NCBI RefSeq assembly: GCF_004010195.1
Contig: NC_057719.1
Location: 52,151,037 to 52,214,478 of the forward strand
Source: Chiloscyllium plagiosum
Lineage: Eukaryota
Reading direction: 5' to 3'
Length of the DNA stretch: 63,442 nucleotides
Position 1 is the first letter of the stretch; each line of letters begins with the position of its first letter. The translations under genes were made by a program, and so were the position numbers. Shown here in pieces: positions 11,482 to 24,708 of the stretch. Under the pieces are notes generated by a model. That model made no database searches. It saw nothing but the letters and a program-made list of their open reading frames with translations, and was not told the origin of the DNA.

Positions 11482-12559
11482 ATGTGGAGCAATGTGTATA
11501 GCTTTGCTCCCCATATTTCAAGAAAGGTTACATTGGTTGGAAACAGTTCAAAAAAGATTTACTCAGTTGATTCCTGAGAGGATGGACTTGACTGATCAAG
11601 AACGCCTGAACTAGTTAAGCCTTTATTCATTAGAATTGAGAAGAATGAGGGATGATCTCTTTGAAACATAAAAGTTTTTGAAGGGGTTTGCCAGGGTGGA
11701 TGTTGAGAAGATGCTTCCACTTATGGGGGAATCTCAGACTGGAGGACTTAGTTACAGAAGAAGGTGACACTCATTTAAAACTGAGACACAAAGGTATCTT
11801 TACTCCCAGAATATCGTGAATGTCTGCAATTCTGTATCCCAGCGAGTATCCCAGAGAGTAAGGCTAGATCACTGAAAATATTTAGAGGAGATCGATAGAT
11901 TTTTGAAATATTAGGGTGCTGATGGACAGGCGGAGTTGAAGTGTGGGACAGATCAGCCAAGATCTTGTTGAATGGCGGGTTAGGCTCGAAGGACCAAATG
12001 GCCTATTCCTGTTCCTATTTCTCATGTCGGTATGTCCCAGAAACATTTACAACAATGTGCGAATGTTGCAGAAATTACTAATTATCTGGTCCATCATATT
12101 GGTTGGCTGCTGTCAAGGACTGCACATCCTCTGTCTGAGAGGCAGCAATCTGATTCTCATTTGTGAAGACTGCTCCCAGCATATTATCACTCTGGGTAGC
12201 CAGTTATATATTCAACGACATACCAACCAACGATTGAACTGCAGAATGAGACGGAGAGCAGAATATATCCCATTAACTCATTTTCTCTCTCCACGATTAC
12301 TGCTAGATACCCAGAATATTTCCAGCATTTTCTCATTTCATGTTTAAAACATTACCCTTCTTCTTTTCTTTTCTAGAGAGACTAGTTGTGCATTTTAGTG
12401 TTAAGTCAGACGATCAGTCACGATTATTGCATTTCACTTACCAGTTGGGCTCAAGTCTCTCCTGAGTCCAACAGCAAAAAAATGCCAAAAATATCAGCAA
12501 CATTTGTGCTAAAAAGCAATCCACTTGAAACTCTTTGTGTGGGTCTCTTATACACGATG

Positions 12560-13410
12560 GTGTCCTTGGTTTTTTTCAGAGGGGTAGTAAAACAGGCCAG
12601 GCTCTGAATCAACTGGGTTGGTACAGAAATGAAAAAGGGCATTGGGAGGCCTTTTTGTTCATATGTAAACAGATCAGACATTACGCCACGACTTCCATGT
12701 TTTAGAAGTAACTTGTATAATGAAAGGGGAGTGGTCAGTCCTAAAAGCTGAAGTCTTGTTTTTAGAAGATCTACAGTGTGAAAACAGGCCATTTGGTCCA
12801 AGTCCACACTGATCTTCTGAAGAATAACCCACCCAGACCCATTTCTCACTGACTACGGCACCTAATAGCATGGGCAATGTACCTGGCCTGCACATCTTTG
12901 GATTGTGGGAGGAAACCCACACTGACACAGGGAGATGGTGCAAACTCCACATAGACATTTGCCCAAGGCTGGGATTGAACCTGGGTCTCTGGTGTAGTGA
13001 GGCTGCAGTGCTAACCACTGAGCCACCATGCCATCCAAGTCTATTCAGCAGTGGGCTGTTTGGAAACAGGCTGTGAATCTGTCTCTCTTTTTGCCCTTCT
13101 AACTTTGTTCTGTAGTCTTTGTTTCATTTTTGCTGTGTTTAAGGGGTTTGTTTTCTGGGACTGTTGCACATATATTTTGAAACAGCATAATTAAGTATAG
13201 TTTGGATAGACTGGGTTCTGTGGGTATTTTAGATTGTGATTCATTCTGCAATTTCGTGAATACATTTTTGTCTGTTTTAAAACCTGGTAGTCAACCGAGC
13301 TAACTTACTCCGGATAATTTTCCCTGTACACTTACTGAACCAAATGGCAAAGTTGTAGTCTGGGCTACCCGCTTAAGAATGTTTTGAGTGATCTGGCCTC
13401 ATCCGTAACA
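12560..13410 (+). repeat. 5' LTR (first ~50 bp missing; SINE inserted at 12762-13036)
   Basis: Colinear with 24760-25329 (gtgtccttggtttt..cagagggg..gatctggcctcatccRtaaca); ends in CA. Confidence 0.9.
12762..13036 (-). mobile_element. HE1-like SINE inside the 5' LTR
   Basis: Reverse complement has ggcatggtggctcagtggttagcactg..ggttcaatccc and the V core; absent from the 3' LTR. Confidence 0.9.
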
Positions 13411-13413
13411 GAC

Positions 13414-13431
13414 TAGGGGCTCGTCTGGGAT
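13414..13431 (+). promoter_or_regulatory. Primer-binding site, tRNA-Pro type
   Basis: TAGGGGCTCGTCTGGGAT lies 3 nt after the LTR end and differs at 2 positions from canonical PBS-Pro TGGGGGCTCGTCCGGGAT. Confidence 0.85.
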
Positions 13432-13730
13432 CTAAAGAGTGAGTGGTAGGCGCTAATGTTGTTATTTCAGATGTTCGTTTAGTTGGGGAGACAAAGCTTG
13501 GGATAGCAATGGCTATTTCAGTTGTCAAGAGCTTTCTGGAAGCGGATGAGGTGAACTTAATAGTTTTACAAAAAGTGAATAAGACCAAGCTGCAGGAGTT
13601 AGCAGACAAGCTGGGGTTGGAGCTGACTCTTTCTGTGAGGAAAGGAGAGATAATTACAGCAGTAGCTCAGCACTTAAACTTGCTGGAAATAGCACGGCAA
13701 GGATTAAATTGCAAATGAAACAGCTTGAGT

Positions 13731-16700
13731 TATAGAGTCATAGAGATGTATAGCATGGAAACAGACCCTTCGGTCCAACCCATCCATGCCGACCAGATAT
13801 CCCAACTCAATCTAGTCCCACCTGCCAGCACCCGGCCCATATCCCTACAAACCCTTCCTATTCATATACCCATCCAAATGTCTCTTAAATGTTGCAGTTG
13901 TACCAGCCTCCACCACTTCCTCTGACAGCTCATTCCATACACGTACCATCCTGTGTGTGAAATAGTTGCCCCTTTGGTCTCTTTTATATCATTCCCCTCT
14001 CACCCTAAACCTATGCCCTCTAGTTCTGGACTCCCCAACCCCAGGGAAAAAAACTTTGTTTATTTATCCTATTGATGGCCCTCATAATTTTGTAAACCTC
14101 TATAAGGTCACCCCTCAGCCTCCGACGCTCCAGGGAAAACAGTCCCAGCCTGTCAGCCTCTTCCAATAGCTCAGATCCTCCAACCCTGACAACATTCTTG
14201 TAAATCTTTTCTGAACCCTTTCAAGTTTCATAGGAAGGAGATCAGAATTGCATACAATATTCCAACAGTAGCCTAACCAATGTCCTGTACAACCGCAACA
14301 TGACCTCCTAACCCCTGTACTCAATACTCTGACCAATAAAAGAAAGCAAACCAAACGCCTTCTTCACTATACTATCTACCTGCGACTCCACTTTCAAGGA
14401 GCTATGAACCTGCACTCCAAAGTCCCTTTGTTCAGCAACACTCCATAGGACCTTACCATTAAGTGTATTGCTTTCCCAAAATGCAGCACCTTGCATTTAT
14501 CTGAATTAAACTTCATCTGCCACTTCTCAGCCCATTTGCCCATCTGGTCAAAATCCTGTTGTAATGTGAGGTAACTCTCTTCGCTGTCCACTACACCTCC
14601 AATTTTGGTGTCATCTGCAAACTTACTAACTGTACCTCTCATGCTTGCATCCAAATCATTTATGTAAATGACAAAAAAGTAGAGGGCCCAGCACCAATCC
14701 TTATGGCACTCCACTGGTCACAGGCCTCCAGTCTGAAAAACAACTCTCTACCACCACCCTCTGTCTTCTACCCTTTGAGCCAGTTCTGTATCCAAATGGC
14801 TAGTTCTCCCTGTATTCCATGGATCTAATTTTGCTAATCAGTCTCCCATGGGGAACCTTGTCGAACGCCTTACTAAAGTCCATACAGATCACATCTACCG
14901 CTCTGCCCTCATCAATCATCTTTGTTACTTCTTAAAAAAACTCAATCAAGTTTGTGAGACATGGTTTCCCACGCACAAAGCCATGTTGACTATCCCTAAT
15001 CAGTCCTTTCCTTTCCAAATACATGTACATCCTGTCCTTCAGGATTCCCTCCAACAACTTGCCCACCACCGAGGTCAGGCTCACCGGTCTATAGTTCCCT
15101 GGCTTGTCCTTACCACCCTTCTTAAAGAGTGGCACCATGTTGGCCAACCTCCAGTCTTCGGCACCTCACCTGTGACTATCAATGATACAAATATTTCAGC
15201 AAGAGGCCCAGCAATCACCTCTCTAGCTTCCCACAGAGTTCTTGGGCACACCTGATCAGGTCCTGGGGATTTATCCACCTTTATGCGTTTCAAGACATCC
15301 AGCTTTCCCTCCTCTGTAATTTGGACATTTTGTAAGGTGTCACCATCTATTTCCCTACAGTCTATACCTTCCATATCCTTTTCCACAGTAAATACTGATG
15401 CAAAATACTCATTTTGTGTGTCCCCCATTTTCTGCAACTCCACACAAAGGCCACATTGCTGGTCTTTGAGGGGCCCTATTTTCTCCCCAGTTACCCTTTT
15501 GTCCTTAATGTATTTGTACAAACCCTTTGGATTCTCCTTAATTCTATTTGCCAAAGCTATCTCATGTCCCTTTTTGCCCTCCTGATTTCCCTCTTAGGTA
15601 GACTCCTACTGCCTTAATACTCTTCTAAGGATTCACTCGATCTATCCTGTCTATACCTGACATATGCTTCCTTCAATATCTTTCGTCATCCAGCATTCCT
15701 TATACCTACCAGCCTTCCCTTTCACCCTGACAGGAATATACTTTCTCTGGATTCTTGTTATCTAATTTCTGAAGGCTTCCCATTTTCTAACCGTCCCTTT
15801 ACCTGTGAATATCTGCCCCCAATCAGCTTTCGAACGTTCTTGCCTAAAACCATCAAAATTGGCCTTTCTCCAATTTAGAACTTCAACTTTTAGATCTGGT
15901 CTATCCTTTTCTAGCTTTATTTTAAAACGAATAGAATTATGGTCGCTGGCCCCAAAGTGCTCCCTCACTGACACCTCAGTCACCTGTCCTGCCTTATTTC
16001 CCAAGAGTAGGTCAAGTTTTGCACCTTCTCTAGTAGGTATATCCACATACTGAATCAGAAAATTGTCTTGTACATACTTAAGAATTTCCTCTCCATCTAA
16101 AACTTTAACATTATGACAGTCCCAGTCGATGTTTGGAAAGTTAAAATCCCCTACCATAACTACCCTATTATTCTTATAGAAAGCTGAGATCTCCTTACAA
16201 GTTTGTTTCTCAATTTCCCTCTCACTTTTGGGAGGTCTATAATACAATCCCAATCAGGTGTTCATCCCTTTTTTATTTCTCAGCTCCACCCAAATAACTT
16301 CCCTGGATGTATTTCCAGAAATATCCTCCCTCAGCACAGCTGTAATGCTATCCCTTATCAAAAATGGCACTCCCCCTCCTCTCTTGCCACCCTTTCTATC
16401 CTTCCTGTAGCATTTGTATCCTGGAACATTAAGCTGCCTGTCCTGCCCATCCCTGAGCCATGTTTCCGTCATTGCTATGATTTCCCAGTCCCATGTTCCT
16501 AACCATGCCCTGAGTTCATCTATCTTCCCTGTTCGGCCCCTTGCATTGAAATAAATGCAGATTTATTTATTTGTCCTACCTTGTCCCTGCCTGCCCTGAC
16601 TGTTTGACTCACTTCTGTTCTCAAGGAGAAAGTGAGGTCTACAGATGCTGGAGATCAAAGTTGAAACTTTATTGCTGGAACAGCACAGCAGGTCAGGCAG

Positions 16701-17750
16701 CATCCAGGGAACAGGAGATTCGACGTTTCGGGCACAGGCCCTTCTTCTGTTCCAGCAATAAAGTTTCAACTCCCTTCTGTTCTCAACTGTATTAGCCTCA
16801 GATTGATCTCTTTCCTCACTATCTCCCTGGGTCCCACCCCCACAACTTATTCGTTTAAATCCTCCCAAGCAGCTCTCGCAACTTTCCCTGTCAGTATATT
16901 AGTCCTCTTCCAATTTAGGTGCAATCTGTCCTTCTTGTACAGGTCACTTCTACCTCAAAAGAGATTCCAATGATCCAAAAATGTGAATCCTTCTCTCATA
17001 CACCAGCTCCTGAGCCATGCATTCATCTGCTCTATCCTCCTATTCCTGCCTTCACTTGCTCTTGGCACTGGGAGAAATCCAGATATTACTAGTATATTAC
17101 TACTCTCGAGGACCTCCTTTTTAATTCCTGCCTAACTCTTTGTAATCTCCCTTCAGACTCTCAACATTTTCCCCTCCTATGCATTGGCTCCAATGTGGAC
17201 AATGACCTTTTGCTGGCCTCTCTCCCCCGTGAGAATATTCTGCACCGTCTCTGAGACATCCTTGATCCTGGCACCAGGGAAGCAACACACCATTCACTGC
17301 TGGCCACAGACACGTCTGTCTATACCTCAGACTAGACAATCCCCTAACACAATTGATCTCTTGGAAATGACATACTCCTCGTTGCATTAGAGCCAGTCTC
17401 AATACCAGAAACTTGGCTGTTCATGCTACGTTCCCCCTGAGAATCCATCCCCTCCTACATTTTCTAAAACAGTATACCTGTTTGAAATGTGTATATCCAC
17501 AAAAGACTCCTGCACTAGCTGCCTACCTCTCTTACCTTTCCTGGAGTTAACCATCTATATGACTGTATCTGAAACATCTCCGCCGCCCCCGCCCCCCCAG
17601 CTTCCTATAACTGCCATTCATCACATACTATTGCTGTTGCAAATTCCTCATTGCTTCTAATTGTCTCTCCAACCAATCCATTCGATCTGATAAGATTCGC
17701 AACCAACAGCATTTATGGCAGATATAATCCACTGTTACCCTTACAGCTCA
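13731..17750 (-). mobile_element. Near full-length CR1 LINE (ORF1 esterase remnant, EN, RT, 3' tail), disrupted
   Basis: ORF1 VCCFPGARIKDVSE..VIVHIGAN (~17180-17360); EN TETWL..GLYYRPP..GDFNFPNIDW..LDLLL..SDHN; RT NYRPVSLTS..FADD; (TATGACTC)n tail at 13731. Confidence 0.95.
16625..16773 (-). mobile_element. Miniature fold-back PLE derivative (family A) inserted in CR1
   Basis: Arms agttgaaactttattgctggaacag / ctgttccagcaataaagtttcaact; minus strand reads gaagaagggcctgtgcccgaaacgtcgaat; 13-bp TSD cttctgttctcaa at 16612-16624 and 16774-16786. Confidence 0.88.
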
Positions 17751-17751
17751 C

Positions 17752-20700
17752 CAGGGGAGGGTAGCAGTTGCCGGGATCATGGCACCGTGGTGGGTACTGC
17801 TGTTCAGAAGGGTGGGAAAGGGCCAGAGCCATAGGGGATTCTATTGTAAGGGGAGTAGATAGGCGGTTCTGTGGCTGAAAATGAGACTCCTGGTTGGTAT
17901 GTTGCCTCCCAGGTGCTCTGGTCAGAGACGTCACCGATCGGCTGCAGAGCATTCTGGAAGGGGAGGGTTAACATCCAGTTGTCTTGGTGTATATAGGTAC
18001 CAATGATATAAGTAAAAAATGATATGAGGTCCTGAAAGCAGAATTCAGGGAGCTAAGAGAGAAGTTAAAGAGGAGGACCTCAAAGGTAGTGATTTCGGGA
18101 TTGCTACTAGTGCCAGATGCTAGCCAGGGTAGAAAAGAAAGAATAGGCAGGATGAACACATGGTTTTAAGGATGCTGGGAGGGAGGGGTTCAGATTTGTG
18201 GAACATTGGGACTGGTTCTGAGGAAGGTGGGACTATTTCAAATTGGATGGTCTACACTTGAACTAGACTGAAACTGATGTCCTTGGGGGAGGTTTTGCAC
18301 TGCTGTTGGGGAAGTTTTAAACTAATGTGGAAAGAGGCTGGGAACCAGAAGAGAAGACAAGTAGACAGCGAGGTGGAAACTAGAGACTGTAAGGATCATG
18401 AAGTTAGCATTTCCAAGAGGAAGATTAGGCAGAGAGCAGATGAACGCAAAAGAACTGGTGGCCTGAACTACATATACTTTAATGCAAGGAATATAGTGGA
18501 TAAGGCAGATGAACTTAGGGCTTGGATTGTTGCCTGGGTGTATGACTTTATTGTGATCACAGAGACTTGATTGAAGGAAGGATATGATTGGCCACTAAAT
18601 GTTCCAAGGTATAGATGCTTCAGACAGGACAGAGAGGGAAGTAAAAGGAGGGGAGCAGTTGCATTATTGGTCAGGGATGATATCATGGCTGTGCTAAAGG
18701 AAGAAACTATGGAGGGTTTGAGCAGTGAGGCATTAAGGGTAGAGCTGAGAAATAAGAAGGGTGCAGTTACATTGTTGGGGCTGTACTACAGGCCTCCCAG
18801 CAGTGAGCATGAGGTAGAAAAACAAATAGGTAAACAGATTATGGAAAGATGTAGAGGCAACAAGATGGTGGTGATGGAAGATTTTAATTTTCCCAACATT
18901 GACTAGGATACACTTATTGTCAGAGGCTTGGATGGGGCAGAATTTGTAAGATGCGTCCAGGAAAGTTTTCTAGAGGGATATGTCAATAGTCTGATGAGGG
19001 AAGGGGCCATATTGGACCGGCTGTTGGCGAAAGAGCCAAGCCAGGTGGTAGGGGTTGCAGTGGGGGATTTCTTTGGGAATAGTGACCACAATTTTGTAAG
19101 TTTTAGAATACTTGTAGACTAAGTTGAGAGTGGATCTCAGGGAGAAGTACTAAACTGGGCCAAGGCCAATTATATTAAAATTCGACAGGAACTGGGAATT
19201 GTGAACTTGGCGCAGCTATTTGAAGGGAAGTCCACATTCAAAGATAGGTTGAAGATAGAGCAGGATAGGTATGTCCCTTTGAAAACAAGGGATAGGAAAG
19301 GCAAGATTCGTGAACAGTGGATGACAGGAGAAATCCTGAGACTAACCAAGAGCAAAAGGGAAGCGTACATAAGGTCCAGGCAGCTGAGAACAGAATGGTC
19401 CTTGGGGGAATATCGGGAGGGTAGGACCAATCTTAAACGAGGAATCAAGTGGGCTAAAAGGGGTCAATAATAACTAGCGAGCAGAATTAAGGAGAATCCC
19501 AAAGCCTTTTATTCATATATAAGGAGCAAGAGGGTAACCAAAGAAAGGGTTGGTTTACTAAAGGATAAGGAAGGAAGGTTGTGTGTCGAACCTGAGAAAA
19601 CTTGTGTGATTCTCAATGATTACTTTCTATCAGTGTTCACTGAGGAGTGGGACATGATGAATGTTGAAATTAGAGATAGAAGTTTGTTTACTCTGGATCA
19701 CATTGACATAAGGAGGGAGGATGTGTTGGGTAGGCTAAAGGATATTAAGGTGGACAAATCCCCAGGATCAGATGGGATCTACCCCAGGTTGCTGAGGGAG
19801 GTGAGAGAGGAAATAGCTAGGGCCCTGACAGATATCTTTGTGGCATCCTTAACCACAGGTGAGGTGCCGGAGGACTGGAGGGTTGATCACGTTATCCTCC
19901 TGTACACGAAGGGTAGAAGGGATATTCCAGCGAGCCTTACGTCAGTGGTGGGAAAATTGCTGGAGAAGGTACTGAGGGATAAAATCTATTTATATTTGGA
20001 AAAGAATGGGCTTATCAGTGATAGGCAACAGGGTTTTTTGCTGGGGACATCGTGCCTTACCAATTTAATAGAGTTCTTTGAGGAACTGACCAAGTTGATA
20101 GATGAAGGAAGGGCTGTAGAAAAATATATGGACTCTAGTAAGGCATTTGATAGGGTTCCCCATAGTAAACTAGTGGAGAAAGTGAAGTCACATGGTGTGC
20201 AGGGTGTTCTAGCTAGGTGGATAGAGGACTGGTCAAACAACAGGAGACAGAGAGTAGTAGTTGAAGGGAGTTCCTTGAAGTGGAGAAAGGTGACCAGTGG
20301 TGTTCCACAGGGGTCAGTGCTGGGGCTACTGTTGTTTGTGATCTCCATAGATGATATGGAAGAGGGTATTGTTAGTATGATATGTAAGTTTACAGATGAC
20401 GCGAAGATTGGTGGAGAAGCAGAAAACATAGGGGACTGTCAAAGAATTCAGAAGAATATTGAAAGACTGGAGAGTTGGGCAGAAAAGTGGCAGATGGAGT
20501 TCAATCCAGGCAAATGTGAGGTGATGCATTTTGGGAAGTTTAATTCTAGAGCAAACTATACTGTAAACGGAAGAGCCTTGGGAAATGTTGATGAGCAAAG
20601 TGATCTGAGAGTTCAAGTCCATTGTGCCCTGAAGGTAGCTGCATAGGTGGATAGAGTGGTCAAGAAGGCATATGGTATGCTTTCCTTCAGCGGACGGGGT

Positions 20701-21305
20701 ATTGAGTATAAGAGCTGGCAGATCATGCTAAAATTGTACAAGACTTTGGTTTGGCTGCATTTAGAATACTGTGTGCAGTTCTGGTTGCCACGTTACTAAA
20801 AGGATGTGGATGCTTTGGAGAGGGTCCAAAGAAGGTTTACAAGGATGTTGCCTGGTATGGAAGGTGCTAGCTTTGAAGAGAAGTTGGGTAGGTTAGAATT
20901 GTTTTCATTAGAAAAAAGGAGATTGAGGGGGGACCTGATTGAGGTCTACAAAATCATGAAGAGTATAGACAGGGTGGATAGAGATAAGCTTTTTCCCGGG
21001 GTGAGAGAATTCAATACGAGAGATCACGCGTTCAAGGTGAGAGGTGAAAAGTTTAAGGGGGATATACGTGGAAAATACTTTACATAGAGGGTGGTAGATG
21101 CCTGGAATATGTTGCCAGCAGAGGTAACAGAGGCAGGCATGGTAGATTCATTTAAGGTGAGTCTGGAAGATGCATGAGTAGGTGGGGAGCAGAGGGAAAC
21201 TGATCCTTAGGAATTGGTCGATAGGTTAAAACAGTGGATTTGGATCGGCTCAGGCTTGGAGGGCTGAAGGGCCTGTTCCTGGACTGTGAATTTTCTTTGT
21301 TCTTT
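17752..21305 (+). mobile_element. Near full-length CR1 LINE of a second subfamily, disrupted
   Basis: ORF1 SGNH esterase AIGDSIVRGVDRRFCG..CCLPGA..VYIGTNDI; EN YFNARNI..ITET..YYRPP..SDHN; RT in ORF 19579..20646; tail ttctttgttctttg at ~21292-21305. Confidence 0.95.
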
Positions 21306-22239
21306 GAAGAGAGTGAGGATGAACAAGCCCCTGGTTGTCAGAAGCCTAGTGAGAAACTGTTTAAGTATGTTCAAGCATTGCCTAGATTTGATGATAAGGA
21401 TGTGGAAGCCTTTTTCACCTCATTTGAAAAGGTGGTAAACAAATGGCCAGTGACCATGTGGTGTTTGTTGATCCAAATAAAATTTGTAGGTAGGGCTAGT
21501 GAGGTCTTTGCATCACGATCTGGGGAGTACGAAGAGGTGAAAAAAGTCATCTTTAGTTCATCTGAGCTTGTATGAGAAGTCTACAGACATTTCAGGAATC
21601 TAAGGAGGGACCCTGGTCTAACATATATTGAAATTGAAAGGATCAAACAGAGTAATTTCGACAGATGGATAAGAGCATTAAAAATAGAGCAATCCTATGA
21701 CAACCTTAGAGAGGTAATTATTTCAGAGGAGTTCAAAGATTCATTGCCTGAAGCAACACAAACTCATGTGGAATAGAGAGTTAAAATGGCAAGGTTAGCA
21801 GCTGAAGTGGCTGATGACTATGAGCTGGTTCATAAAACACAGTTTGGCTTCCTGAATCAATTTCAGTCCATGAGGGATAGAAACTTGGGCAAGGATAAAT
21901 GTTCACGTGGAAAGGGAAAGGTCGATCTCAGTGAAGATCATAAGGACAACCTATCACAGGGTAAAAAGGAATCCCTTGAAGGGGACAAAAAAGGTAAAAA
22001 TCTCCAGTGTTTTCATTGTAATAAAGTGGGCCACATGAAATTGAAGTGTGGCTTGGCTAGGAGAAAGCCACATGTAGGAAAACAGGACATGCCTGGAAGT
22101 TTTGTTGGCATGGTAACAGAAAGTCCAGTGGAAGCTACAAAGCTGCATCAGAGGTTGATTAAGGAAGAAGTGCCAGATCTGCTTAAAAAATATACCTGCA
22201 AAGGTAAAAGTTTATTCACATAGGCCAGAAGTAGCAGAT

Positions 22240-24565
22240 AAAGAGGTTACAATATTAAAGGACACGGGATCCTCTCAGTATGTGATGCTGAAGGATGAGG
22301 AGAGATGTGTACTCCTGACGGACAATTGCCAGAAAAGGTACTGGTATTAGAAATTCATGGTGAGACAAAAAGTGCTCAGTTGTCTAAAGTGAGGCGAGAG
22401 TGTCAAATTTTAGAGAGTGACTAAATAGAGCTGGGGAGTTGTTTGAGCCAGCATTTAAAAGTATCACAGTATGCAATGAAACAGGAAACGGATAAGGAAT
22501 AAAAAATTCACAATTTTGCAATTGGAGATAAGGTATTAGTGTTACCTCCAGTAATAGGTGAACCTTTAAAAGCAAGGTTTAGTGGACCTTATCAAAGCAA
22601 GTGAGGTGATCTACTTGATAGAGACTTTAGACAGAAATAAATCTTAGAGTGTGTCATGTGAATATGCACAAAAGGTATTTTGTCAGGGAAGAAAAGCAAG
22701 AGGAGATGGTGTGAATGATTTCAGCACAGAAAAAAGAACCAGTTCAGAGGATTCTGAATTGGACATTTCTCAAATCAAATTGGACAATGAGGAAGTCAGA
22801 AATTGTGGTAAATTATTGAGTTACTTTATGCAAGAAAATTGAAATAATCTGAAAGAGTTATTGCTATCACATGGGGAGATATGCAGAAATAAACTGGGAT
22901 ATACTAACCTAATTGTGCATGATGTAGATATAAATTAGATTAGACTCCCTACAGTGTGGAAACAGGCCCTTTGGCCCAACCAGTCCACACCAACCCTCCG
23001 AAGAGTAACCCACCCAGACCCAATTCCCTCTGACTAATGCACCTAACACGATGGGCAATTCAGTATGGCCAATTCACCTAACCCGCACATCTTTGGTTTG
23101 TGGGAGGAAACCAGAGCACCCAGAGGTGTTCCACACAGACAGTCGCCCAAGACTGGAATTGAACCTGGGACCCTGGTGCTGTGAGGCAGCAGTGCTAGCC
23201 ATTGAGCCACCATGCCGGCCCAAAGAGCAAACCACCCAAACTCATTCCCCTACCCTGACTAATGCACTGAATCTACACACTATGGACAATTTAACATGGC
23301 CAATAGTGGTGATGCTGTTCCGATTAAGCAATATCCTTATGGGCATAACTCTTTAAAGTTGGCACAGATTCAGAAGGAAATAGAGCGCATGCTCTAAGAT
23401 GGCACAATCAAAGTGAGTTACAGTGATTGGAGCTCACCCAAAGTCATGGTGTCAAAGCCAGATGGTACCCAACGGTTATGTATGGACTAACACAATGTCA
23501 ATTCCGTTACAAAGACTGATGAATATCCAATTCTGTGGTTGGATAACCATGTCGAAAAAGTTGGGAAAGCAACTTACATTTCTAAGTTGGACTTGCTCAG
23601 AGGCTTCTGGCAGGCACCTTTGTCAGAAAGAACAAAGGCAATTTTGGCTTTCTTAACACCTAATGGACTGAATCAATTAAAAATCATGCCATTTGGTATG
23701 AAAAATGCTCCAGCCATATTTTCAGAGACTAACTAATAAGGTCATTGCTAGATTACCCAACTGTGTGGTGTATGTTGATGACCTGATGATTTTTAGTCCC
23801 TCATGGGACATTTACAGCATTTATTGGACTTACTCAATTGACTTCAAAAACAGGCTTGGAGGTCAACTAGCTAAAAGTGAATTTGCCAAAGCCCAAGTCA
23901 CCTTCCTCGCTATGTTATTGGACACAGACAAATGGTCCCATAGGATGCAAAAGCAAAAGTAATTAGGGAATTGCCCACATCGTTGTGAAAAGAGCAGTAC
24001 TACTGTTCCTGGGGTTGAGTGGATTTTACTGAAAGTTTGTGCCAAGATCTAGCAGTGTGGCCGGTCCACTCTCCGAATTGTTTAAAAAAAGGGTAAGAAG
24101 TTTTAGTGGGCAGCGGACTGTCAAAAAGCATTTGACAGCCTCAAACTGTCTTAACCACTGCCCAAGTATTAACCGCACCAGATTACATAAAGCCTTTCAA
24201 GGTGGCTATCGATGCTAGTGATGAGGGTATTGGGGCGGTGCTCCTGGAGGAGGATGTTGAGGAGATAGAAAGACCCATCAGGTATTTTTCCAGGAAGTTG
24301 AACGTTCATCAACAGAAATATTCAACAGTTGAGAAAGAGACTTTGAGATTGGTGTTGACATTACAACATTTCAGTGTCTATATTACCAGCAATGCATCTG
24401 AGATGATCGTATACACGATCAGAACCCATTGACATTTGTGGAGAAATTTAAGGACAAAAATGCCAGACTGTTTAGATGGAGCTTGTTGTTGCAGCCATTC
24501 CATTTGACAATTGTGCAGGTGGCAAGGGTTGGGAAAACGTGATTGCCCATGCATTGCCGAGGCTC
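22240..24565 (+). pseudogene. pol: Gypsy pol remnant: protease, integrase C-terminus, RT, RNase H
   Basis: VTILKDTGSSQ (DTG at 22261); FAIGDKVLVL..EPLKARFSGPY and RVCHVNM (22510-22670); KLDLLRGFWQ..MPFGMKNAPA, YVDD at 23771; IDASDEGIGAVL..YFSRKL..YSTVEKE; NVIAHALPR. Confidence 0.88.
22935..23305 (-). mobile_element. HE1-like SINE plus an extra partial SINE segment, inserted in gypsy pol
   Basis: Full SINE on the minus strand at 22935-23218; 23219-23303 repeats its middle part; pol resumes GDAVPIKQYPY. Confidence 0.88.
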
Positions 24566-24695
24566 GAATGTGGTTGTGCATGTTTGTGTTTGTACAGTCA
24601 GTGAAGTTGTATGTGTGTTTTAGAATGCTAACCAATTTCTTTTGAGTGGTTTCACAAATGAAGCCATCTTTGGATATTGATGGTTCATTTTTTTT

Positions 24696-24708
24696 AAAAG
24701 GGGGGAGG
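24696..24708 (+). promoter_or_regulatory. Polypurine tract
   Basis: AAAAGGGGGGAGG directly before the TG start of the 3' LTR. Confidence 0.9.

Larger units (their letters stand above)
10315..12035 (+). mobile_element. CR1 3' fragment split by nested Rex-like and PLE inserts (pieces 10315-10380 and 11482-12035)
   Basis: RGLEFKNWEVLFQL, then after the inserts EQCV*LCSPYFK..RMRDDLFET, followed by the CR1 3' UTR gaaggaccaaatggcctattcctgttcct. Confidence 0.75.
13509..22220 (+). pseudogene. gag: Gypsy gag, split by a 7.6-kb double-CR1 insertion (pieces 13509-13730 and 21306-22220)
   Basis: N-terminus MAISVVKSFLE..KTKLQELADKLGL; capsid LPRFDDKDVEAFFTSFEKV..WP..W..LIQ..GRASEVF; zinc knuckle CFHCNKVGHMKLKC. 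Contains stops and frameshifts. Confidence 0.85.

Noticed and set aside
19579..20646. 355-aa ORF as a functional gene
   Set aside because: It is a fragment of CR1 ORF2 with a deletion at NYRP, degraded motifs and stops on both sides; a dead copy.
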